Shown here: piece after piece, positions 1 through 7,695 of the stretch
How positions within the stretch are numbered: position 1 is the first letter of the stretch
How the letters are laid out: each line of letters opens with the position of its first letter
Assembly: GCA_963720565.1 (NCBI GenBank)
Contig: CAVRFW010000003.1
Location: 32,001 to 96,000 of the forward strand
DNA from: Candidatus Bathyarchaeota archaeon
GTDB lineage: Archaea; Thermoproteota; Bathyarchaeia; Bathyarchaeales; Bathycorpusculaceae
DNA length: 64,000 nt
Reading direction: 5' to 3'
Notes under the pieces: model-generated
Database searches by the model: none
Seen by the model: the letters and a program-made list of their open reading frames with translations, nothing else
What the model was told of the DNA's origin: nothing
Program-made: the position numbers and the translations under genes

Positions 1-685
1 ACCACTCTTGGCCACTCAAAGCAAAGATATTTCTAAACGAGTCTTCGGCCAAAGAAAAGGGAACAAGAAAAATTCCCCCCAAAATATTCACGTAAGCCAC
101 GATGAGAAATGGATCGTACTTGTCCATCACCTTCTTACCGAGCAGAGTATACGCTGCCCAGAGCACAGGAGTCGAGAGTAAGATGAGACTTCCAAGAAAG
201 AAAGTCAGGTTTCCCTGAAGGTTCAATGTTCCACCGACGACAACCGCAAAGGTGCCAACAGATGCCAATCCAATGCCGAAAAACTGTGTTCTTGAGAGGC
301 TCTCTTTAAACAAGTAGGCTGAGAGCAGGCTAATCAGAACAGGAGACAACAAACAAACAAGAATCGATGCAACCGAAGCACTCGCCATCTGAATACCAGT
401 ATACTGAGCCATAAAAAAGACAGTGACGCCTGAAAAAGCCAGAACACTAATGACAGGCAAGTCTTTCTTTTCGACAAGAACCCTGTAACTTCGGTTTCTA
501 GCCCTGTTCAAGAGGAGAACCAGACAGAAAAGTCCACCAGCCAAAAGGAACCTGAAAGTGGCAATAGCAACAGGGCCTAACCCTTCCCTCAGAATCGCCT
601 TAACAACCACAAAAGAGCTTCCCCAAAAAACAATCAGAAACAACATGAGAATAACGTTGATTAGACTGATGGATCTCTCTTCCAT
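1..685 (-). CDS. EamA/DMT family transporter (partial, runs off the left edge)
   Basis: Manual translation from ATG at 685: MEERSISLINVILMLFLIVFWGSSFVVVKAILREGLGPVAIATFRFLLAGG..., with the typical EamA WG-S-F and FRF motifs. An alternative in-frame ATG lies at 700. Not in the ORF track because the stop is outside the window. Confidence 0.85.
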   Translation of the reverse strand, partial: MEERSISLINVILMLFLIVFWGSSFVVVKAILREGLGPVAIATFRFLLAGGLFCLVLLLNRARNRSYRVLVEKKDLPVISVLAFSGVTVFFMAQYTGIQMASASVASILVCLLSPVLISLLSAYLFKESLSRTQFFGIGLASVGTFAVVVGGTLNLQGNLTFFLGSLILLSTPVLWAAYTLLGKKVMDKYDPFLIVAYVNILGGIFLVPFSLAEDSFRNIFALSGQEW

Positions 686-825
686 ACCAACCAGTCCCAT
701 GCACCTTCTAATAAAGAATTCACGTTAGACTAACTGAAGAACTACTGAAACCCGGAAATACGGATAATACCTGCTTGCGCGAAGATGAAAACCGATTAAA
801 ATTGACAGAGGAATTGTCCAAGCAA

Positions 826-848
826 TTTCCATACAAAATTCTTAATTA
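826..848 (+). repeat. 23-bp direct repeat, left copy (TTTCCATACAAAATTCTTAATTA)
   Basis: Identical to 4877-4899, read directly from the sequence. Confidence 0.9.
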
Positions 849-1061
849 ACCATGAAAAATCCAAGATTAACTTGCTTTTCTGAAGATTTTGGTCAGACAA
901 GAATAGAGGTTTGCTGGGGCTCCGGAAAATGAAATGAAAGGAGAAAAGGAAAATGCAAATCTCGATGGCTACTGCAAAGCCATCGTGAACTTGATCCTGA
1001 GCCCACTCAGCCCCAACTTTCTCCTTTTGCTGTTTGTTATTCGGATTGTTTATTGGGGACT

Positions 1062-1080
1062 AAAAAAGGGGAAAGAGAAA
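1062..1080 (-). terminator. Putative archaeal pyrimidine/oligo-T terminator of the beta-propeller gene
   Basis: Minus strand reads TTTCTCTTTCCCCTTTTTT about 20 nt after the stop at 1100. Confidence 0.5.
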
Positions 1081-1099
1081 GCTAGTGCTTTCAAGAGGT

Positions 1100-3607
1100 T
1101 TAGCGTTTTCTTAGCAGCAGCGCGAGTACTACGCCGACTATTGCGATTGCAGCTATTATTCCGCCTATTCCTGGCAGAATGTATTGGTCAGCCAATGATG
1201 TAGGAGTACTTGCTGGTTCAGGGGTTGCAGCGGGTGCTTCTTCCACGTTTATTGCGGTTTCTGAGAATGAAGGCCAGTAGGCTTTAGAGCCTGCGAATCG
1301 GGCTACGAGTGTGTATTCGCCTGGAACTTCCGGAGTGAACGCCAACTTGTAGAAGCCTGTTAGGTCACTGGTTGTTCTGCCGACCTCGTAGTAGTTGTTG
1401 TTAGGATCAAGCACTTCAATTACAACTTCTACGCCTGATGCAGTAGTTGGGCATTCAAACTGTTTGTAGACATATAGCATCCATTCGCTCTGACTATTGT
1501 CAGAAACTGCGGGAACACCATTTGGAAAACGAGTCGTCAATGCGGAAGACTTTGTGCCAGCCGATGTGTCTGTTACCATGCCTTTCACTAGAACACTGTC
1601 ACCATGCGTGACAACATCATCTTGTATCGTAACTGAAGTTGCGCTTGGACCTTTACCTACAGCCCAAACTTGCTGGTCGTAAGTGTCCATTGTTGCGTAG
1701 ATGCTGTCGCCCATTACTGCGTTTCCACCCCAGCGAGTAGCACGGTACATGCCGTTAACCCTCCAGACCACAGCGCCTGTTTCAGCGTCAAGACATATTA
1801 AGGGTCCGCCACGCGGAATTGGCATCTCAGCAGAGTGCTCACAAGTGCCTACATAGACTTTCCCGTCAGCAATCAATGTTATCCAGCCCCACCATCTTTG
1901 ACCTGTTACTGGTTCACCGTACGCATCAGTCATCTCGTAAGTCCACACTGCGTCTCCTGTTGCGAGGTCATAAGCGTATACTATGCCGCCAACGCCGACG
2001 GAGAAGAGTTTACCGTAGGCAAAGTACCAAGTGTGTTCAGCATTGCCCCAACCATAAGCGTCAAGCCAATGCTCACTCTCGGTGGCCCACAGGTAGTTAC
2101 CGTTTTCTAAGCTGAAGCCATAATGCGTCGTCAGTTCCTTGTTCCATATTGCGATAACGCCGCCTTCAACATAGTCAGTTGCGCCAACATAGTGCAGAGT
2201 ATTAGCGCCTTCGAACCATTCAGCAGGTGCATTCCAGCTTTTGTCGAATAGCAATTGTCCTCTGTTGGTTGGAGTCGTACCTAAAGCCCAGACTCTCACC
2301 CTTGTTCGATTGAAGTCCATGGAAACTACTCTGTCAGGCAAAACCTTCAGTATCGGTGAGAAGAATGAAAGCCCAGCTGTCAATCCTGCGGGAATCGTCA
2401 CGTTCCACGAGTAGCATTTCGGGGTTGAAGCGTTTATTTCTTGTCCGTGATTGTAACCTGTGCCCCAGCTTCCAAAGTCGCCTTCGAATGTGAAGATTGA
2501 CTGACCGGCAGCAGTAGAGTTCCAAAGAGCCATCCAGTTGTTCTCATAGTCGATTTGCCAGATGAGAATTTCGCCGCTTGGACCATAGGTCTGAGCTACG
2601 CCTGAAGGAACGTCGACGAATGACAACTGCCATTCACCAGTGAAGGGGTCGTACGCGTTCCATCTTGCAGGTGTTCCAAATCCCCCAGCTGTTTCCCAAA
2701 TGTAGGTGAAAACACCGTCATAGTTCCAGCTGTTGAAGTAGAGGATCTGACCAAACGATAGCGTTGTGCCGTTCTTGAACCACAGTTCTTCTCCGGTATG
2801 CAAATCTACTGCATAGATTCCACTTTGAGGCGAGTCAGCCCTGTTGTAGTAGAGGACTCCGTTTAACACCACTGAATCGGGGAATTTGCCTTCATATGCA
2901 TCTCCTGTTTCTGAGGATGCTGGAACCCCAGTCCAGAGGCCGCCAGTTAAACCGCCAGTAGTTAAAGGTTTTGACCATAGTACGTGGGCAGTCTCTGGCG
3001 CATCGTCGTTGTAGAGGGCGATTGAGTTATCAGATCTCCTTACCCAGTTGCCTGAGATAGGGTACCATTCTCTGAGCTGCGGGTCAATTGGGCGAGTCCA
3101 ATACTCCGCGGGTAGGGGATGGCCTGGATATTTCGGCAGTGGGTCTTGCTGTACGACAAGGTTAACCGTGTCTGTGCTTGCTTGCATCACTGTGCCATCA
3201 AAAATCATGTTGCCACCTTCATAGTTGAAGAAGGCGCCCCATTTCCAAACCTGCTCTGGATAATTTAATTTGAGTGTATATGTGCCTACTGCGTTTGGTA
3301 CGTAAAGTGTAGCGGTTCCGCCTGTAGAGTCTGTCTTTAACGGTCCAAGGGTCTGGGTTGTATTGTCTGGTTTGGTAACGGTTATTGTCAGACCCTCATA
3401 TCCGTCTGCGACGCTCGGCAATTGTTGCAGAATGCCGAAACGGATAAGCACGTCCTCGCCAACGCCCACGGGGCTGGGAACAGCATCAATGAATGGATAG
3501 GTTCTCAGAGTAACTCCCGGTTGCGCGTTAGAGTTTGAAGCAAATAGTGAAAAAGCCATCGCAAACACTAAAATAGCAATCGTTATAGTTGTCTTATTTC
3601 TTGTCAA
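1100..3607 (-). CDS. Secreted, C-terminally anchored PQQ-like beta-propeller repeat protein (835 aa)
   Basis: N-terminal signal peptide; repeated A-x-D-x-x-T-G-x-x-x-W motifs (AVDLHTGEELW, AYDLATGDAVW, CLDAETGAVVW); Ig-like segments; Pro/Thr linker; C-terminal TM helix followed by RKR. Confidence 0.85.
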   Translation of the reverse strand: MTRNKTTITIAILVFAMAFSLFASNSNAQPGVTLRTYPFIDAVPSPVGVGEDVLIRFGILQQLPSVADGYEGLTITVTKPDNTTQTLGPLKTDSTGGTATLYVPNAVGTYTLKLNYPEQVWKWGAFFNYEGGNMIFDGTVMQASTDTVNLVVQQDPLPKYPGHPLPAEYWTRPIDPQLREWYPISGNWVRRSDNSIALYNDDAPETAHVLWSKPLTTGGLTGGLWTGVPASSETGDAYEGKFPDSVVLNGVLYYNRADSPQSGIYAVDLHTGEELWFKNGTTLSFGQILYFNSWNYDGVFTYIWETAGGFGTPARWNAYDPFTGEWQLSFVDVPSGVAQTYGPSGEILIWQIDYENNWMALWNSTAAGQSIFTFEGDFGSWGTGYNHGQEINASTPKCYSWNVTIPAGLTAGLSFFSPILKVLPDRVVSMDFNRTRVRVWALGTTPTNRGQLLFDKSWNAPAEWFEGANTLHYVGATDYVEGGVIAIWNKELTTHYGFSLENGNYLWATESEHWLDAYGWGNAEHTWYFAYGKLFSVGVGGIVYAYDLATGDAVWTYEMTDAYGEPVTGQRWWGWITLIADGKVYVGTCEHSAEMPIPRGGPLICLDAETGAVVWRVNGMYRATRWGGNAVMGDSIYATMDTYDQQVWAVGKGPSATSVTIQDDVVTHGDSVLVKGMVTDTSAGTKSSALTTRFPNGVPAVSDNSQSEWMLYVYKQFECPTTASGVEVVIEVLDPNNNYYEVGRTTSDLTGFYKLAFTPEVPGEYTLVARFAGSKAYWPSFSETAINVEEAPAATPEPASTPTSLADQYILPGIGGIIAAIAIVGVVLALLLRKR

Positions 3608-3813
3608 TTTTTCTTTTTCTCCTTAAATTATAATACACATTTCTGCGTACGCTCGCATTATTCTAGTTGCCCTTTATAAAGTCTTGCAAGAAAAGGCTTC
3701 TTGTCTGATAAAACAATAGCATAGCCTATAATAAGTATTAAAATGTAAGAATGACATTCACGCGAAGACCTTAAATCAGTGCAAACAGATGATTTAGCAA
3801 GTGATGAATTCTG

Positions 3814-4311
3814 GTGGCAACAAAAAAAGTAATCGATAAGGCAATTGATGAAATAGATATCATAATAATTAAGCGTCTGCTCAAGAATTCGCGCACGAGT
3901 TTTGCGGAAATCGCGAAAGAATGCAAAGTATCAACTCTTACTATCAAGAACCGTCATAGTCGCCTGAAAAAAGCACGCATAATTAGAGGCTCAACTGTAA
4001 TTGCAGCCGAAGAACACATCCACGGCGTCGAAGGCATAGTGGACTCGGGAATAATGGTCAACAGCCAGGAAGTAGACTCGTTTGTCAAATACGTTCACAA
4101 CCTCTTTCAAAACAAGAAAATTTATTGGTGCTTCCCCGTCAAGCTTAATCGCGCATACAATGTGTCAGTAACGGTGCTGGCTGGAAGCATTCGAGAAATA
4201 CAACAAATTAAAGACGCATTGATGCGGCACCCAGCTGTAATAAGCATAAGTATAGCGATTTGGACCGCCATAAGAAATATTCCTCAGAATTTAGACCCAA
4301 AACCCACATGA
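3814..4311 (+). CDS. Lrp/AsnC family transcriptional regulator
   Basis: IDEIDIIIIKRLLKNSRTSFAEIAKECKVS HTH followed by a RAM-like C-terminal domain. Confidence 0.85.
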   Translation: MATKKVIDKAIDEIDIIIIKRLLKNSRTSFAEIAKECKVSTLTIKNRHSRLKKARIIRGSTVIAAEEHIHGVEGIVDSGIMVNSQEVDSFVKYVHNLFQNKKIYWCFPVKLNRAYNVSVTVLAGSIREIQQIKDALMRHPAVISISIAIWTAIRNIPQNLDPKPT

Positions 4312-4315
4312 GAGC

Positions 4316-4801
4316 TTGGTGATAAGCATGGATGATGTAGATTTGCGAATCATTCAAACACTTGCCAAGAACTCCCGAGCATCTTTCAGAAAGATCGCCA
4401 AGGAGACGGGTCTTTCCACAGATACCGTGATGAGAAGATACAAAAGACTCGAAAGAGAAGGCGAGATTCAACCTACAATAATAGTTGATTTTATGAAGCT
4501 TGGGTTTGAAGGCTTCGTGTATTTCGCTGTAAGAGTTTCCGCCGAAAGCAGTCTCTCCAAGGTAACTGAGGAAGTAGCCAGAATTCCGAACGTTACGACA
4601 ATCATGAAAGCAACCGGCCCGTATGACTTAATGATAGTCGCTTGTGTGAGGAACATGACGCATGCATTCAAAATAGGAGAAGAAATTGAAGAAACATCAG
4701 GTATCACAAAGGTTGCAATAGACTTGTTTTTGCCGCCGTACAGCGGAGAAGCTAATTTTCCACCACCTGATTGGCACAATCTACATACCCAAAATCTATA
4801 G
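4316..4801 (+). CDS. Lrp/AsnC family transcriptional regulator
   Basis: MDDVDLRIIQTLAKNSRASFRKIAKETGLS HTH and TGPYDL motif. The true start may be the ATG at 4328. Confidence 0.9.
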   Translation: MVISMDDVDLRIIQTLAKNSRASFRKIAKETGLSTDTVMRRYKRLEREGEIQPTIIVDFMKLGFEGFVYFAVRVSAESSLSKVTEEVARIPNVTTIMKATGPYDLMIVACVRNMTHAFKIGEEIEETSGITKVAIDLFLPPYSGEANFPPPDWHNLHTQNL

Positions 4802-4862
4802 GTTTCGCGTCCCAGAGCACCAGCAAACCCTTCGGCTCATGAAGTCTAGCGGTAGAGTGAAA

Positions 4863-4906
4863 TAATTATCTGGGTGTTTCCATACAAAATTCTTAATTAT
4901 CTGGGT
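4863..4906 (+). repeat. 13-bp direct repeat TAATTATCTGGGT x2 (4863-4875 and 4894-4906)
   Basis: Read directly. The copies are 31 bp apart, immediately upstream of ilvC. Confidence 0.85.
4877..4899 (+). repeat. 23-bp direct repeat, right copy
   Basis: Identical to 826-848. Confidence 0.9.
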
Positions 4907-4936
4907 TTAGTAGGTAGTCTGGTCTGAGGAATTGTA

Positions 4937-6004
4937 ATGGTAGAATTAGACTTTGGCGGCGTCAAAGAAAACGTCGTAACACGAAAAGAGTTCACAGTCG
5001 AAAAAGCACGAGAAATCCTAAAAGACGAAGTTGTCGTCTCGCTCGGATACGGAATCCAAGGCCGAGCACAATCACTCAACATGAGAGACAACGGCATAAA
5101 AGTAATCATCGGCCAAGAAAAAACCAGCTTCAACAAACCCTACTACGACCAAGCCGTGCAAGACGGCTGGGTACCAGGCGAAAACCTGTTCTCAATGGAA
5201 GAAGCCGCGCGCCGCGGAACAATCAAAATGTTCCTCCTCACCGACGCGGGACAACGAGAAATGTGGCCTACAATAAAAGCTACCCTCAAAGAAGGCGACG
5301 CCCTATACTTCTCACACGGCTTCTCAATCGTCTACGGAAACATAACCGGCGTAGTTCCGCCGAAAAACATGGACGTCATACTAGTAGCTCCCAAAGGCTC
5401 AGGCACATCCGTCAGGAGAAACTTTGTAGCCGGAAGCGGAATAAACAGCAGCTTCGCCGTACACCAAGACTACACCGGAAAAGCAGTCAACCGCGTAAAA
5501 GCAATCGGCATAGCAATAGGCTCAGGATACCTCTTCCCAACAACATTCGAAAAAGAAGTCTACAGCGACCTAACCGGAGAAAGAGGCGTACTGATGGGCG
5601 CACTAGCAGGCATAATGGAAGCCCAATACGACACGCTCCGCGAACGCGGACACAGCCCCAGCGAAGCCTTCAACGAAACCGTAGAAGAACTCACCCAAAG
5701 CCTCATCAGACTAGTAGACGAAAACGGCATGGACTGGATGTACTGCAACTGCAGCGAAACCGCACGCATCGGCGCACTGAGATGGCGCAAAAAATTCCGC
5801 GAAGGCACAAAACCCCTCTTCGAATCACTCTACGAACTCGTCGCGTCCGGAGAAGAAACCCGCATCGTCCTAGACAAAAGCTCCCAAGCAGACTATAGAC
5901 AAAAACTAGCCGCAGAACTAAAAGAAATGGGCCAATCCGAAATGTGGCGAGCAGGAACCACCGTACGAAGCCTGAGACCCGAAAAGCAAAAACCGCCAGA
6001 ATAG
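4937..6004 (+). CDS. ilvC: Ketol-acid reductoisomerase (Bacteroidota/fungal Ilv5-like type)
   Basis: GYGIQG Rossmann motif, FSHGF, APKGSG, SDLTGERGVLMG, HSPSEAFNETVEE. Confidence 0.95.
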   Translation: MVELDFGGVKENVVTRKEFTVEKAREILKDEVVVSLGYGIQGRAQSLNMRDNGIKVIIGQEKTSFNKPYYDQAVQDGWVPGENLFSMEEAARRGTIKMFLLTDAGQREMWPTIKATLKEGDALYFSHGFSIVYGNITGVVPPKNMDVILVAPKGSGTSVRRNFVAGSGINSSFAVHQDYTGKAVNRVKAIGIAIGSGYLFPTTFEKEVYSDLTGERGVLMGALAGIMEAQYDTLRERGHSPSEAFNETVEELTQSLIRLVDENGMDWMYCNCSETARIGALRWRKKFREGTKPLFESLYELVASGEETRIVLDKSSQADYRQKLAAELKEMGQSEMWRAGTTVRSLRPEKQKPPE

Positions 6005-6119
6005 CAACCCACCCAGAGAATAACAACTCTGCACATAATTTGCGTTTTTTTAGACAAAGCATTTTTTATACTTGAGACGTGGCGATTGGTAGAATAAAAA
6101 ACCAGCTGCGCACCATTTC

Positions 6120-7481
6120 ATGAACTACACTGCCATAGCCTCACTGATAATATTCGCAGTCACAGTATTACTCATGATCAAGCGCCCCAGAGGCTTAAAA
6201 CTGGGATACGCAGCGGCAATCGGCGCAGTAGCCTCACTTCTCATCGGAACAATCACCATAAACGAAGCCGCGCAATCGTTCTTCGACATTTGGGACGCCG
6301 CACTCGCCTTCATCGGAATAATCACCCTATCCGTTACACTAGACGCTGCAGGTTTCTTCAAATGGGCCGCCATCAGAGTAGTCAAACTCGCAAAAGGGAG
6401 CGGCGTTCGGCTCTTCTTCTACGTGTCTCTGCTGACCGCGACAGTAAGCATTCTCTTCGCCAACGACAGCGCCGTGCTAATCCTCACGCCCATAGTGCTC
6501 GAGATCATCAGCCAACTAAAGATCGATTCAAAAGGCAGACTTGCCTACCTCTTCTCAGCCGGACTCATAGCCGACACCGCAGCCATGCCCTTGATCACAA
6601 GCAACCCCATAAACATAGTCAGCGCTGACTTCTTCCAATACAGCTTCATCGACCACCTAATCTTCATGGGACCCGTCGCCATAGCAACAACAGCAAGCAG
6701 CCTCCTCCTGCTCTACGGGTTCTTCAGGAATAAAATCCCTAAAACCTACTCCTCAGAACTCGTCGATACATTAGCTAACGGGACGCAGTCCATAACGTCT
6801 GGTTTTCTCAGAATCAGCGCCGCAACTCTAATCGCAATCGACGTGGGGTACGTCATCGCCTCGTGGAACAGGGTTCCAGTATCACTCATCATCTGTTCAG
6901 GCGCCCTTTTCCTCTTGATTGCCTACCTAGCAACCTTAAACCACAAAATCTCACTCAATGGCGAAAGAAAAGGTTTGAAAAGCATAGCAAAAGAGATCAA
7001 CTGGGACATAGTGCTGTTCATGTTGGGCATATTCCTCGTAGTTCAAGGGTTAAGACAAGCAGGCGTCGTAGAAAACCTCGCTTCAATCCTCACACAGGCA
7101 ACCTTGCTTCCAAACGTTCTAGGCGTTCTCGCCCCAAGCCTAATAGTCACCATAGGAGCAAGCTTCATGAACAATTGGCCCATGACAATTCTAGGACTAA
7201 TGGCAATAGAACAAGCCGTTGCCACATTAGGCTTGAGCGGCCAAGCGCTGACAAGCCTCATCTTCTCCAACATCATCGGAAATAACCTTGGACCCCACTT
7301 CTTCCCCCTAGGCTCTTTAGCCATAATCATGTGGCTAGAAACCATGCGGAAAAAAGGAGTCAGAATAAGCCTAAAGGACTACCTAAAAATCGGATCCGTC
7401 TTATCACTCGCCGAAGTACTAATCGCATCAACCATCCTACGGATCGAGCTAAACATACTCGGCTTTCAACTACTAATTTAA
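6120..7481 (+). CDS. ArsB/NhaD (ion transporter superfamily) membrane permease
   Basis: About 12 hydrophobic segments with FANDSAVLILTP, SNPINIV, MNNWP and GNNLGP...GSLA motifs of the ArsB family. Confidence 0.85.
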   Translation: MNYTAIASLIIFAVTVLLMIKRPRGLKLGYAAAIGAVASLLIGTITINEAAQSFFDIWDAALAFIGIITLSVTLDAAGFFKWAAIRVVKLAKGSGVRLFFYVSLLTATVSILFANDSAVLILTPIVLEIISQLKIDSKGRLAYLFSAGLIADTAAMPLITSNPINIVSADFFQYSFIDHLIFMGPVAIATTASSLLLLYGFFRNKIPKTYSSELVDTLANGTQSITSGFLRISAATLIAIDVGYVIASWNRVPVSLIICSGALFLLIAYLATLNHKISLNGERKGLKSIAKEINWDIVLFMLGIFLVVQGLRQAGVVENLASILTQATLLPNVLGVLAPSLIVTIGASFMNNWPMTILGLMAIEQAVATLGLSGQALTSLIFSNIIGNNLGPHFFPLGSLAIIMWLETMRKKGVRISLKDYLKIGSVLSLAEVLIASTILRIELNILGFQLLI

Positions 7482-7695
7482 CCCGAAAACATCCTCCAAT
7501 CACAAACTCAAAACACGCCTAACAAAGTAAAAGACTAGAAAACGGAGATCTGCTGTCTTCTATCCGACAAGCAGCTACTTTTCTTTGTTAACTCGTTAAT
7601 TAGCTGTCGATTTCCCAATCGGAGACTGACTAACGGTACATAACCTTTTAATCTCCCAAAATACACGACGCTAAATCAAGGAAGGTTACCAGCCA

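Noticed and set aside
963..1010. Two small hairpins (CGATGGCT/AGCCATCG and CTGAG/CTCAG)
   Set aside because: 8-bp and 5-bp stems can arise by chance; no recognisable RNA family.
934..1203. 89-aa plus-strand ORF
   Set aside because: Overlaps the 3' end and terminator of the beta-propeller gene on the opposite strand; no recognisable motif.
5263..5898. 211-aa Arg-rich ORF inside ilvC
   Set aside because: Off-frame shadow caused by T-poor codon usage.
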